Below, piece by piece: positions 48,487 through 58,990 of a DNA stretch of 64,000 bases. The notes beneath the pieces are model-generated. The model made no database searches. It was not told the origin of the DNA and worked only from the letters and a program-made list of their open reading frames with translations. This DNA is from a bacterium (lineage in GTDB: Bacteria > Patescibacteriota > Microgenomatia > Curtissbacterales > GWA2-41-24): contig JAKALT010000002.1 in the NCBI GenBank assembly GCA_021813125.1, forward strand, positions 11,424-75,423, given 5' to 3'. Positions within the stretch are counted from its first letter, which is position 1, and each line of letters begins with the position of its first letter. A program made the position numbers and the translations under genes.

Positions 48487-49455
48487 ATGCCCAGGGTTTT
48501 TATAACCGGAGTAATTCCGGATGTTGGAATTAGCGCTCTCCATCAAAAAGGCTTTACAGTTGATATTAATAAAACAGGGAAAGATTTAAGCGCAAGCGAA
48601 TTAAAAAAAGCGTTTGAAGAGTACGACGCTATTATCCCCTTTGTTAACAATAAAATTGACCGCGACTTGATAAAGTCGGCTTCATCTAATCTTAAGGTTA
48701 TTGCAAATTATGCAGTAGGCTTTGACAACATTGATGTTACCGCTGCAAACGAAAAAGGCATTGTCGTCTGTAACACACCCGGGGTGGCCAATGAATCCGT
48801 AGCAGAACATGTGTTTGCACTGATTTTTGCCTGCAACAAATCAATTATTCCTGCTGATAAGTTTGTGCGAGACGGAAAATATAAGCGCTGGGACCCGAAT
48901 TTATTCCTTTCGCACCAGGTATGGGGGCAAACAATCGGGATAATTGGCCTTGGCAGAATAGGAACTTTTGTTGGCCAGATAGCTTACGGGGGATTTAGAA
49001 TGAATGTTTTGTACTACGACATTAAACGGGCGGAGGATTTTGAACTCATTTGCGAAGCCAGGTACGCAGCTGTTAATGATATTTTAAAAGAAGCTGATAT
49101 TGTGACACTTCATGTTCCGTTAAATGAAAAAACCCAACATATGATTGGCCGAGATGAGCTTAGAAATATGAAAAAAACAGCAATTCTAATTAACACATCA
49201 AGGGGTCCTGTTGTTGAGGAGAAAGCACTTGTTTGGGCTCTCAAGGAAAAAGTTATTGCGGCTGCAGGGCTTGATGTTTTTGAATTCGAACCGGTTATTT
49301 CTAAGGAGCTGCTGGAACTTGATAACGTTGTTGTAACCCCCCACGTTGCATCGGCAACCTATGAGACAAGGGAGACGATGTCCAGAATTGTAGCGCAAAA
49401 TATAATTGATGTTTTTGAAGGGGGTACTCCTCAAGGACTGGTAAAGTTACCTTAA
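48487..49455 (+). CDS. D-2-hydroxyacid (glyoxylate/D-glycerate) dehydrogenase
   Basis: GLGRIG, INTSRG, LDVFEFEP, TPHVAS. Confidence 0.92.
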   Translation: MPRVFITGVIPDVGISALHQKGFTVDINKTGKDLSASELKKAFEEYDAIIPFVNNKIDRDLIKSASSNLKVIANYAVGFDNIDVTAANEKGIVVCNTPGVANESVAEHVFALIFACNKSIIPADKFVRDGKYKRWDPNLFLSHQVWGQTIGIIGLGRIGTFVGQIAYGGFRMNVLYYDIKRAEDFELICEARYAAVNDILKEADIVTLHVPLNEKTQHMIGRDELRNMKKTAILINTSRGPVVEEKALVWALKEKVIAAAGLDVFEFEPVISKELLELDNVVVTPHVASATYETRETMSRIVAQNIIDVFEGGTPQGLVKLP

Positions 49456-49977
49456 CCTGGAATCGACTCTCTTTGCTCGGGCATAGACCATTCGTTGGTA
49501 ATTCTTAACGGTAGAAGGTTGCAATCCATAAACAGTTCCGGTAAGTTCTATCGCTTGCGCAATAAGATCTCTTGTCCAGCCAACATCGTCATTGAGTTCC
49601 TTGGCTAATATTGGCCTTTCTTTTACATATCTTCTTGCAAGAGTTTTTGCAGGAAGTTTTCGTAAATGTGCTTTTGCAACTTCTTCTTGAAACACTGCTT
49701 GTGGATCAAAAACTAAATCGCCCACTTCGGGTGAGGAAGCATAAATGCCTTTTCGTTGGTCACTAACTCTAAAATTAAATGCGTGACGCATGTTTTCCCA
49801 ACCTTGAGCTAAGCGCCTTAATGCACCTTCAAGACCACCTGACCAAACTTCTTCTAGTACTACAGACTTTTCATCACCTGTAAGGCTTTTTAAGGCACGC
49901 CTTGCCTTTCTGAGTCTTGGTGCCGCTTCATGGAAGCCTCTTAACGTAAGCTGTCGTGCATAAGCTCTCTCTGGCAT
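49447..49977 (-). CDS. Hypothetical protein
   Basis: 176-aa ORF, TATAAT 7 nt upstream of ATG. Confidence 0.65.
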   Translation of the reverse strand: MPERAYARQLTLRGFHEAAPRLRKARRALKSLTGDEKSVVLEEVWSGGLEGALRRLAQGWENMRHAFNFRVSDQRKGIYASSPEVGDLVFDPQAVFQEEVAKAHLRKLPAKTLARRYVKERPILAKELNDDVGWTRDLIAQAIELTGTVYGLQPSTVKNYQRMVYARAKRVDSRLR

Positions 49978-50009
49978 AAAGGGGATTATATATCTTTAGC
50001 CTTCTAAGT

Positions 50010-50363
50010 TCAAAATCCCGCGTTTTTGATGAGCTTGATAGAAGGTGTTGACGTGGACAGATCAACGCTTACAACATCTATTCGTTCCTGGAGTGGAAGA
50101 TTTCTTCTATTTACGCGGTAAAATTTCGACGCACGTTCCAGAAATTTTAACTTGTGGTATGTTACGGCCTCTTCCGGCAGACCGAAGTCGTGATTTGATC
50201 TGGTTTTCACTTCAATATAAACCAATACGCCGCTTTCGAGGGCAATAATGTCGATTTCTCCGCCGCGTATACGGAAATTTCGCTCGATTATTTTGTAACC
50301 TTCGCGTTTTAGAAAATCGCACGCCAAATCCTCTCCGAATTTTCCTATTGCAGCTTTGTCCAT
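50010..50363 (-). CDS. yraN: YraN family endonuclease-like protein
   Basis: GEDLA, GEIDIIA, IEVKTR. Confidence 0.92.
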   Translation of the reverse strand: MDKAAIGKFGEDLACDFLKREGYKIIERNFRIRGGEIDIIALESGVLVYIEVKTRSNHDFGLPEEAVTYHKLKFLERASKFYRVNRRNLPLQERIDVVSVDLSTSTPSIKLIKNAGF

Positions 50364-50389
50364 ATTTGTTTCTAACTCATCTTTGTTTC

Positions 50390-50435
50390 AAGGTCAGGTC
50401 TTAGCCTTGGAATATTCCAACAAAGGCCTGACCTT
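50390..50435. repeat. REP-like palindrome pair AAGGTCAGGTCTT / AAGGCCTGACCTT
   Basis: Inverted pair enclosing the palindrome TTGGAATATTCCAA. Confidence 0.7.
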
Positions 50436-50454
50436 TTCCTGACACTTTGATTGT

Positions 50455-51072
50455 TCACGAATATAGGAAGTCTAAGTTGTAGGACATCCTGTGAATTTTT
50501 GATAGCCCAAACATTTGAATAGCTCTTTGATGTTGGGGAGTTCCGTAACCTTTATGCGTTTGAAAATTGTATTTTGGATATTTCCGGGCCAGCTTTTCCA
50601 TTAGGCTGTCCCGAAAAACTTTAGCAATTATTGAAGCTGCTGCAATCGATGCGCAAGTCATATCCCCGTGTTTTATTGCTCTTTGCTTAATGCTTGAGCT
50701 TATGTATTTGATATGGAAAGCGTCAACAAGGCAATATTCAGGCCTTGGGGAAATACTACTTACAATTCGCCTAAAAGCGACTTGGGTCGCTTTGGCTATT
50801 CCCAGTTTGTCGATTTGTTGATGAGATACTTCCGAAATTAGAAAGCCGAGTGAGTTTTTTCTTAAAATTTTATCCAATTCTTCTCTTTTTTTAGGTTTAA
50901 GAAGTTTGGAATCGGCAAGCCCTTTAGGGATCTTAAAATCCAGTGGCAGAATAACGCCTGCCGCTACAAGCGGGCCTGCCCATGAGCCCCTACCAACTTC
51001 GTCGATGCCCACTATTGTTTTTATCCCTTTTTGCCAAAGGGCTTTTTCTTCTGACAAGTCAGGCAGAAACAT
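50455..51072 (-). CDS. rnhB: Ribonuclease HII
   Basis: GIDEVGRG, DSK, AAASIIAK, HKGYGT. Confidence 0.95.
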   Translation of the reverse strand: MFLPDLSEEKALWQKGIKTIVGIDEVGRGSWAGPLVAAGVILPLDFKIPKGLADSKLLKPKKREELDKILRKNSLGFLISEVSHQQIDKLGIAKATQVAFRRIVSSISPRPEYCLVDAFHIKYISSSIKQRAIKHGDMTCASIAAASIIAKVFRDSLMEKLARKYPKYNFQTHKGYGTPQHQRAIQMFGLSKIHRMSYNLDFLYS

Positions 51073-51076
51073 TTTC

Positions 51077-51352
51077 TTATTTCGTTTTTCTTAAATAGTA
51101 GAGCTTTGCGCGCCTTGCGCCTGTAGATTTAACCACGGTAATTTTTTCTATGGAAGGCGAGGCGACCGGAAAAATCCGTTCGACAAAAACGCCGTCTGCA
51201 CCGCGTTTTCTAACAATAAAGGTGCGGCTTTCTTTTTGGCCTCTAAGGGAAATGACAACACCTTCAAAGGGTGTTGCATGGACTTTGTTGTCCTGCGGGT
51301 CTTTGGTGAAAACACGGATAATATCACCAACTTTGAAATTTGTCGTATCCAT
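51077..51352 (-). CDS. rplS: 50S ribosomal protein L19
   Basis: FEGVVI, VERIFP, RRAKLYYLR. Confidence 0.95.
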   Translation of the reverse strand: MDTTNFKVGDIIRVFTKDPQDNKVHATPFEGVVISLRGQKESRTFIVRKRGADGVFVERIFPVASPSIEKITVVKSTGARRAKLYYLRKTK

Positions 51353-51391
51353 AGGGGTAAAGTATATCCAAAAAGACTATTTTTGTAAACC

Positions 51392-54300
51392 TTAATTTGT
51401 TATATGGCAACCAAGGCTTGTGAGGCTTTCCTCGAGATCAAAATTTCTCTCAACCCCAAACGGCACAGGAATTTTGCGGAGTGCACTATCTTTTCCCGGA
51501 AGGATTAAAAATGCCGGGTTGTTGCCTGGATTTTCCTTTAAAACTTCGTAGATTTTAGAAAGGAGGATTCTGTCGGCATCGGAAGGGATGGAAACGTTTA
51601 TTTCATCACCTCCGATATCTTGGGGAATTTCTTCCAATAAGGAGACATTGTCTGCTATAAGATTTGCACTTTCGTCGTCTGCCTCAAGCTTTCCGGATAT
51701 AATTACTATTTGGTCCATGGCAATTATGTCTCTTGCGCTTTGATAAGTTTTAGGAAAAACGATGACTTCAATCGTACCCGTTGTGTCCTGAAGCTTAAGA
51801 AAACACATTTCCTGCTGTTTAAGTTTTGTGACAGTTTTTCTGATTGAAGCAATTATGCCGCCAAGCTTTATGGTTTTATTGGCATAAGTGAAACGGTCTA
51901 TTTCGCCAATTTTTACCGTCGTTACCTTGTCTATTTTGTCGGAAACCTTTGCAAGCGGATGCTCGGTTAAATAGAAGCCCAAAAGTTCCCGCTCCCAGGA
52001 AAGAATTTCTTCTTTTGGAGCCTCATCTCCTGAATTGAGTGCAGAACTCATAGATTTGGACATGACAGTTTTTTCTTCTAACTCTTCCTCGCCAAAAAGC
52101 GTTCCCTGGCCTTCTGCTATAGTTTTGGAAAGAGATGTGCCTGCAGATTTGATATCGTCTAAAATTTTGAGCATAGCGTTTCTTTTCCCGAAACTGTCCA
52201 TGGCCCCGGCTTTTATCAGGCTTTCCAGTGTTTTTCGGTTTACCGCCCTTAAATTGACTCTTGATACAAAGTTGTCCAGTGATTTGAAAGGCCCGCGGGC
52301 AACCCGCTCTGAAATAATAGCTTCAATTGCAGCCTTGCCAACGTTTTTAATTGCCGAAAAACCAAAGCGAATGCCGTCTCTTTTGGCTTTCTGGCCCTTG
52401 GCGCCTACTAAATCTGAGTTGATTTTTTCTATAGCAAAGCCTGTTTTGGATTCATTGATGTCCGGTGGTAGAACCAGAATACCCATTTTTGAGCATTCAT
52501 CCACAGCAGAGGCAATTTTATCGGTGTCGTCAGCTTCCGCCGTCATCACTGCGGTCATAAACTCAACCGGGTAGTTTGCTTTCATAAATGCAGTCTGATA
52601 GGCGATAATCGCGTAAGAAGCCGCATGGGCTTTGTTAAACCCGTAGGCCGCAAACGGTTCAATAAGCTTAAACAATTCTTCCGACTTTTCACCTGTCATG
52701 CCGTTTTTGATGGCACCATCGATAAACTTTTCGCGTTGTTTTGTCATTTCTGCAGGAATCTTTTTACCCATAGCCTTACGGAAATTGTCGGCTTCTTCCC
52801 AGCTATAACCGGCAATATTAATTGCTGTTAATAAAACATCGTCCTGGTAAACTATGACTCCATATGAAAGGTCTAAATAATCCTTCATCCGGGGATCGAA
52901 ATACTTTATTTTTTTAGGATCGTTTTTTCTTTCAATAAATTCGGGGATAGAGTTCATCGGACCGGGACGAAAGAGTGAGATCATCGCCATGATGTCAAAA
53001 ACAGTTGTAGGCCGTAATTCTTTCAGGTACCTTGTCATGCCTGATCCACCTAATTGAAAAAGGCCCATTGTTTCTCCCTTTGCCAAGAGCGCAAATGCCT
53101 TTTTGTCATCAAGAGGTATGTCTGTTAAATTAATTTTGATGTTTTTTTCCGTTTGGACGATTTTTACCGCTTGACCCAAAATTGAAAGGTTTCTGATTCC
53201 TAAAAAATCCATCTTTACAAGACCGACGTCCTCGACATCGTGCATATCGTATTGGGTGATTATTTTTTCGCCAGTGGTTTCTTTTTGAAGTGGTGTGTAA
53301 TTTGTGAGGTCGTCGGGACCGATTACAACTCCTGCCGCGTGCACAGAAACATGCCTGGCATTTCCCTCGACCTTTTCTGCAAGATCTAAAAGTTCTTTTA
53401 CTTCTGAATCTTCTGTGTAAAGATTTCCAAGATCCCTGTTTTGCTTTTTGGCAAGATCCAAAGACATCGGGAATCCCTGTGCTCCGAATGGAATCATTTT
53501 GGCAATTCTATCCGCTTTTGAGTATGGCCACCCTAAAACCCGTGCCACATCCCGGACGGCCGCCCGGGCCATCATTGTCCCAAATGTACCAATTTGGGCA
53601 ACCTTTTCGTGGCCGTATTTCTCACGAACGTACTGGATTACTTCATCACGTCTGTTGTCTTCAAAATCGACATCAATATCGGGAAGCGTTGGCCTGTACA
53701 AGTTTAAAAACCTTTCGAAGGGAAGTTTAAAATAAAGCGGGTTTACCGTTGTTATTCCCAGAGCGTAAGAAACAAGGCTTCCCGAGGCAGACCCGCGAGT
53801 AGTAGAGATAATTCCTTTTTCCCGAGACCAGTTTACAAAATCAGAAACAACCAGAAAATACGCAGAGTAACCTTTTTTGGCGATAACCGAAAGTTCGTAG
53901 TCGAGCCTTTCTTGAATTTCCGGTGTCACTTTTTCTACCTTAGATTTAATTCTTTCATAGCAAAGTTCTTTTAGATATTCATCTGCCGTTTGCTCGGTCG
54001 GAACTTTATATTTTGGGAAGGCAACTTTTCCTAAGGTAAGATCTATTTTTACTTTATCGGCAACTTTAACTGTATTATCTACAGCTTCAGAAATGTCCGG
54101 AAAAAGTTCTCTCATTTCCTCGTCGCTTTTTAGAAAGAAGGTGGGGGAGTCAATCATCCTTAGGCGTTTTTCGTCTTGGATATTTTTACCCGTCTGAATG
54201 CAGACAATGGCATCTTGAGCACTTGCATCTTGGGGCAGGACATAATGAATATCGTTTGTTGCAACCAGCATTAGCCCCATTTCTTTTGATAATTTCTTTG

Positions 54301-54931
54301 CTCCTTCTATAATTTTCAGCTCTTCCCGATGCATTCTTTCCAGCTCGTTGTAAATATAGGAACCTTTGTCGTGTGCTGCCTGGAATTTAGAGAATTCGTG
54401 CCTTTGGACTTCCAGAAAAAAATCGTCTTTTCCAAATATTTCTTGATATTCACCTGCCAGTTTTTTCGCCGCCTTCATATCTCCTTTTGCAAACTCCTTC
54501 GATATTTCGGACGAGTTGCAGCCTGAAAGTGCCATTAATCCTTTTGCATGTTTTGCGAGAGTTTGTTTGTCTACTCTCGGTCGGTAATAAAATCCTTCAA
54601 GTTGGGCTATTGTTACTAGCTTCATCAGGTTGATGTAGCCTTCCCTATCCTTTGCCAAAACTGTCAAATGATGGTAATCGCTATCTTTTCCAGCCTCTTT
54701 ATCTTTCAGGGTTCTTTTGGCCAGATACATTTCGCAGCCTATAATTGGATTAAGGCCTTGCTCTTTGCACTCTTTGTAAAACTTGACCGCACCATACATT
54801 GATCCGTGATCTGTGATTGCCAGATGCTGCATGCCAAATATTTTTGCCTGAGTCACCATTTTGGGGATCTTGGAAAGACCGTCCAGGAGTGAATACTCAC
54901 TGTGCACATGAAGATGGACAAATTTAGACAT
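51392..54931 (-). CDS. dnaE: DNA polymerase III alpha subunit
   Basis: PHP HLHVHSEYSLLDG, PDIDVDF, KMDFLG, FNKAH, OB fold. Confidence 0.98.
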   Translation of the reverse strand: MSKFVHLHVHSEYSLLDGLSKIPKMVTQAKIFGMQHLAITDHGSMYGAVKFYKECKEQGLNPIIGCEMYLAKRTLKDKEAGKDSDYHHLTVLAKDREGYINLMKLVTIAQLEGFYYRPRVDKQTLAKHAKGLMALSGCNSSEISKEFAKGDMKAAKKLAGEYQEIFGKDDFFLEVQRHEFSKFQAAHDKGSYIYNELERMHREELKIIEGAKKLSKEMGLMLVATNDIHYVLPQDASAQDAIVCIQTGKNIQDEKRLRMIDSPTFFLKSDEEMRELFPDISEAVDNTVKVADKVKIDLTLGKVAFPKYKVPTEQTADEYLKELCYERIKSKVEKVTPEIQERLDYELSVIAKKGYSAYFLVVSDFVNWSREKGIISTTRGSASGSLVSYALGITTVNPLYFKLPFERFLNLYRPTLPDIDVDFEDNRRDEVIQYVREKYGHEKVAQIGTFGTMMARAAVRDVARVLGWPYSKADRIAKMIPFGAQGFPMSLDLAKKQNRDLGNLYTEDSEVKELLDLAEKVEGNARHVSVHAAGVVIGPDDLTNYTPLQKETTGEKIITQYDMHDVEDVGLVKMDFLGIRNLSILGQAVKIVQTEKNIKINLTDIPLDDKKAFALLAKGETMGLFQLGGSGMTRYLKELRPTTVFDIMAMISLFRPGPMNSIPEFIERKNDPKKIKYFDPRMKDYLDLSYGVIVYQDDVLLTAINIAGYSWEEADNFRKAMGKKIPAEMTKQREKFIDGAIKNGMTGEKSEELFKLIEPFAAYGFNKAHAASYAIIAYQTAFMKANYPVEFMTAVMTAEADDTDKIASAVDECSKMGILVLPPDINESKTGFAIEKINSDLVGAKGQKAKRDGIRFGFSAIKNVGKAAIEAIISERVARGPFKSLDNFVSRVNLRAVNRKTLESLIKAGAMDSFGKRNAMLKILDDIKSAGTSLSKTIAEGQGTLFGEEELEEKTVMSKSMSSALNSGDEAPKEEILSWERELLGFYLTEHPLAKVSDKIDKVTTVKIGEIDRFTYANKTIKLGGIIASIRKTVTKLKQQEMCFLKLQDTTGTIEVIVFPKTYQSARDIIAMDQIVIISGKLEADDESANLIADNVSLLEEIPQDIGGDEINVSIPSDADRILLSKIYEVLKENPGNNPAFLILPGKDSALRKIPVPFGVERNFDLEESLTSLGCHITN

Positions 54932-54978
54932 AATTCTCTAGATCATTCTATCATTGATGATTAATTATAGGCGATTGC

Positions 54979-56298
54979 CTACCGGAGCTGATTTTCAAGC
55001 AGACTTTTAACATCATTTGCATTTGCCTGCCCTTTTGTTTTTTGCATAACAATTCCTATTAAAACCTGAATCGCATTTGTTTTGCCTGCTTTATAAGCGG
55101 CAACTATGTTTTTATTTTCTTTAATTACCTCACCTACAATCTTTTCCAGGTCTGACTGGTCTATGGTTACTCTTGAAGTTTGAGCCTTAATCGTTCGAAT
55201 CAATTCGGCGGGTAGCGTTTTTTCCAGATCAGTTTTTTTGTTAATAATTATATTGGCAATTTGCTTGGGGATGATGTTATGTGCGTTACCAATCTTTACT
55301 GCCTCATCGAAAAAATCTGCAGTTTGTTTTTCTCTGGTTAATATTTCCGCATCATAAGACGTGAGCGAATACTGTTTTTTAAAACGGGCAAGTTTTGCCT
55401 GGGGCAATTCCGGCAGGCTTTTTTTGGTCTTTGTCACATCTTCCCTACTAATTGTAAACAGCGGAATGTCCGGTTCCGGAAAATAACGGTAATCGTGCGC
55501 CTCCTCTTTACTCCTCTGGGAGAGTGTCGCCTGTTTTTGCTCATTCCAACCGCGTGTTTCTTGCTTTGGGGTCTCCCCTTTTTCCAAAAGCTCCTTTTGC
55601 CTTTCCAGTTCAAAATTTATTGCCTTTTCGACAAACTTGAATGAATTGATGTTTTTGACTTCGACTTTATATCCAGGCAATCCGTTTTCTCCCGGCCTTT
55701 TGAGTGAGATATTTGGCTCCAGCCTCATATCACCTTTTTCCATATCCGCTTCTGAAACGCCAAGATACCTTACTGTCTGCTGGAGTAACTTAAGGTATTC
55801 GACAACTTCCACGGCATTTTCAAAATCAGGCTCGGTAACAATTTCAACCAAAGGGACTCCAGACCTATTAAAATCTATTAAGGATACGTTTTTTGCGTTT
55901 ACTTCGGCGTGGGTTAGTTTGGCAGTATCTTCTTCCATGTGTGCGCGGGTAATTCTGATTTTCTTGCCGTTTGATAAAGTGATGTTTCCGTTTACACAAA
56001 ACGGCTGGTCGTACTGGCTAATTTGATAGCCTTTCGGAAGGTCAGGGTAAAAATAATTTTTTCTGTCGAACTTGGAAAACGTTGGAATTTGGCAATTTAG
56101 CGCAAGACCAATGGCAATACACCATTCTATTGCCTTCTTGTTTGGAACCGGCAGAGCGCCAGGAAGACCCAGACAAACAGGACAAGTGTGCGTATTTGGC
56201 TTTTTGCCAAAATAATCCGCTGAACAAGAACAAAACATTTTGGACTTTGTGTAAAGTTCAACATGGACTTCAAGACCGATCACCGGTGTGTATTTCAT
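54979..56298 (-). CDS. gatB: Asp/Glu-tRNA amidotransferase subunit B
   Basis: IGLEVH, RKNYFYPD, YRYFPEPD. Confidence 0.97.
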   Translation of the reverse strand: MKYTPVIGLEVHVELYTKSKMFCSCSADYFGKKPNTHTCPVCLGLPGALPVPNKKAIEWCIAIGLALNCQIPTFSKFDRKNYFYPDLPKGYQISQYDQPFCVNGNITLSNGKKIRITRAHMEEDTAKLTHAEVNAKNVSLIDFNRSGVPLVEIVTEPDFENAVEVVEYLKLLQQTVRYLGVSEADMEKGDMRLEPNISLKRPGENGLPGYKVEVKNINSFKFVEKAINFELERQKELLEKGETPKQETRGWNEQKQATLSQRSKEEAHDYRYFPEPDIPLFTISREDVTKTKKSLPELPQAKLARFKKQYSLTSYDAEILTREKQTADFFDEAVKIGNAHNIIPKQIANIIINKKTDLEKTLPAELIRTIKAQTSRVTIDQSDLEKIVGEVIKENKNIVAAYKAGKTNAIQVLIGIVMQKTKGQANANDVKSLLENQLR

Positions 56299-57701
56299 AG
56301 TTTAGGTTTTACTTTATGGAAATCTGTATTTTTTTCAAATTGATTTGCCACGTTCAGAATAATGCTTTCTGAAAACTGCGGTCCAATTATTTGCATTCCG
56401 ACTGGTAAATCCTCTCTAGAAAAGCCACAAGGAACGTTAATACCCGGTAGGCCGGCAATTGATGACGGCTCCACTAAAATGTCTGCCATTTCCCCAAACA
56501 TGGGATGCCCTTTGCTTGCGCCAAGAGGCAAGGCTGTCGACGGGCTTGTCGGCCCTACTATTACGTCGACCTGCTTAAAGGCTTTTTTAAAATCTTCAAT
56601 AATTAGAGTCCGGACTTTTTGAGCTTTGTTGTAATACTGGTCGTAGTAGCCTGCAGACAGTGCGTAGGTGCCTAACATTATTCTTCTTTTTGCTTCTTCT
56701 CCAAATTTGCTGCGGCCGTTCCCATATCTGATTCCGTCGTACCTTGCCAAATTTGAAGAAACTTCTGCTCTTTGAATTATCGTATAAACAGCAATTGCAT
56801 ATTGCGGATCAAATAATTTGATTTCCTGGATTTTTGCCCCTAATTCTTCAAAAACTTTAAGCGCTTGTTCAACTTTCTTTTCGACTTCGCTCTCGCATTT
56901 TTTAAAATATTTACTCGATATTCCTATTTTAAGGCCAGAGATATTTTTGTTTAGGTTTTTCGAATAATCTTCAACTATATTCGGAGATGTTGTTGCGTCG
57001 AATTTGTCTTTACCTGCAAGTATATTTAAAATCATTGCACTATCCTCAACTGTTTTTGTGATTGGACCTGGACTGTCGAGCGAAGAACCCATAGCTACAA
57101 CACCATAACGACTTACTCTTCCGTAGGTTGGTTTAAGTCCAACGACACCACACCAGGCAGCCGGCTGGCGAATTGAGCCCGCTGTTTCGGACCCTATTGA
57201 TGCTACAACCTCATCCGCGGCCACACTTGCTGCCGAACCGCCGGAAGACCCACCCGGGAGTGTTTTTATATTCCATGGATTTTTTGTTGGGCCAAAATCA
57301 GAGGTTTCTGTTGACGATCCATGCGCCCAGGCATCCATGTTGGTTTTGCCGACAATAACTGCCCCAGCTCTTTTCAAACTTGCAACCACAGTAGCATCGT
57401 AAGGAGGAATGTAACTTTCGAGAACTTTACTTGAAGCAGTGGTCTGTATACCGATAGTGTTGAAATTATCTTTGACGCTTATGGGGATGCCCAAAAGCGG
57501 CTTTTTGTCACCCTGGCTTAATAATTCGTCAGCTTTTTTTGCCTGATCTTGCGCTTCTTTTTCACAAACAGTTATAAAGGCAGAAATTTTGGGTTCCAAT
57601 TTTTTAATTCTTTCGAGATAGAATCGAGTAAGCTCCAATGATGTAGCTTTTTTTTGTCTTAAAAGTTGTTTCGCTTGTTGTAAGCTCAAATTGTTTAACA
57701 T
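56295..57701 (-). CDS. gatA: Asp/Glu-tRNA amidotransferase subunit A
   Basis: Amidase signature GGSSGGS, GSIRQPA. Confidence 0.97.
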   Translation of the reverse strand: MLNNLSLQQAKQLLRQKKATSLELTRFYLERIKKLEPKISAFITVCEKEAQDQAKKADELLSQGDKKPLLGIPISVKDNFNTIGIQTTASSKVLESYIPPYDATVVASLKRAGAVIVGKTNMDAWAHGSSTETSDFGPTKNPWNIKTLPGGSSGGSAASVAADEVVASIGSETAGSIRQPAAWCGVVGLKPTYGRVSRYGVVAMGSSLDSPGPITKTVEDSAMILNILAGKDKFDATTSPNIVEDYSKNLNKNISGLKIGISSKYFKKCESEVEKKVEQALKVFEELGAKIQEIKLFDPQYAIAVYTIIQRAEVSSNLARYDGIRYGNGRSKFGEEAKRRIMLGTYALSAGYYDQYYNKAQKVRTLIIEDFKKAFKQVDVIVGPTSPSTALPLGASKGHPMFGEMADILVEPSSIAGLPGINVPCGFSREDLPVGMQIIGPQFSESIILNVANQFEKNTDFHKVKPKL

Positions 57702-57703
57702 AG

Positions 57704-58018
57704 CTATTGTTCTTCCAGTATTGCTTCGGTGACAACAAAGCCGTTATAAGTTGACTTGGCGTTTTGAAGGGCTTCTTCTTGCGAAAATGACGGCGCAGCT
57801 ATATCTTCTCTTGTGATATTTTCAAGGTTGGTTACCTGGCTAGTGGGTTTGACATTTTTTGTATCAATTTCTTGAAGCTTTTCAATATACTTTATTGTTT
57901 CCTCAAGTTGGCCTTCGAAGGTTTTCTTTTCGCTTTCCGAAATGGGAATATTTGCCAGTATTGCGACATGGTCTACATCTATCGATGCGCTTGACGTTTT
58001 ACCTTTGACGTTTGACAT
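57704..58018 (-). CDS. gatC: Asp/Glu-tRNA amidotransferase subunit C
   Basis: HVAILANI, TRED, ALQNA; precedes gatA. Confidence 0.92.
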   Translation of the reverse strand: MSNVKGKTSSASIDVDHVAILANIPISESEKKTFEGQLEETIKYIEKLQEIDTKNVKPTSQVTNLENITREDIAAPSFSQEEALQNAKSTYNGFVVTEAILEEQ

Positions 58019-58021
58019 AAC

Positions 58022-58933
58022 TTATTGCATTGCGCGGAGGGCTTTGACGCGCTCGGCAATTGGCGGGTGGGTATTGAATAAATTGGCAAATAGACTTACG
58101 CCTTTGTGGGCATCTTTAAACGGATTGGCAATGTAAAGGTGGGCGGTTGCTTTGTTGGCAACTTCCAGCGGCTCCGGATCATTTGAGATTTTAATTAGAG
58201 CGGATGCCAATTCTTCGGGGTTTCTTGTTAAAAGCGCGCCGGAGGCGTCCGCTAAAAATTCCCTTTTTCTGGATATGGCTAGTTGGATCAGTGTTGCCGC
58301 AATAGGCGCCAGGATCGCCATAACCAGGCCTAACACTACAAAAACTGCCTGACCTCCCCTATCTTCGTCCCTATCGCCTCTTGAGTAAAACGAGATCCTT
58401 AGAAAAAAGTCTGCAAGAAGAGCTACCGTTCCGACTAAAATCGAAACTATGGTCATTAACCTTGTGTCGTAGTTGCCTACATGTGACAGTTCGTGCGCTG
58501 TAACACCTTCCAGTTCCAATTTGCTGAGTTTTGAGAGAATTCCTGTTGTGAAAGCAATAGCCGCGTGCTGAGGATCCCTGCCTGTTGCGAAAGCATTTGG
58601 GGCACCATCTTCGATTATGTAAATTTTAGGCATTGGAAGACCTGATGCAATGCATAAATTTTCTACAGTTCTGTAAAGTGTCGGGTTATCTTTTTTCTGG
58701 ATTTGTTTGGCTTTTGAGATTGCCATAACTATTTTGTCACTGTTGTAGTAGGAAAAGAAATTCATAATGCCCGCAATAATTAAGGCAATCCCCGAAAAGC
58801 CAAGTGCCGATGGGCCGCGAAAGCCTAAGGCATTTGAGAAAATAAAAACGACAAAGGTTATAAAGATTGCAAAAAGAAGCATAATTAGCCAGGTTTTGAA
58901 GCGGTTTGATTCTATGCCGGTGTATGCTGTCAT
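58022..58933 (-). CDS. htpX: M48 zinc metalloprotease HtpX
   Basis: PNAFATG, HELSH, REFLAD, THPP; probable start MTAY. Confidence 0.94.
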   Translation of the reverse strand: MTAYTGIESNRFKTWLIMLLFAIFITFVVFIFSNALGFRGPSALGFSGIALIIAGIMNFFSYYNSDKIVMAISKAKQIQKKDNPTLYRTVENLCIASGLPMPKIYIIEDGAPNAFATGRDPQHAAIAFTTGILSKLSKLELEGVTAHELSHVGNYDTRLMTIVSILVGTVALLADFFLRISFYSRGDRDEDRGGQAVFVVLGLVMAILAPIAATLIQLAISRKREFLADASGALLTRNPEELASALIKISNDPEPLEVANKATAHLYIANPFKDAHKGVSLFANLFNTHPPIAERVKALRAMQ

Positions 58934-58990
58934 AATGCTTGGATTATACCTGAAAATGGTAGACAAAGTTAAGGTCGGCTTCTGTAGGTT

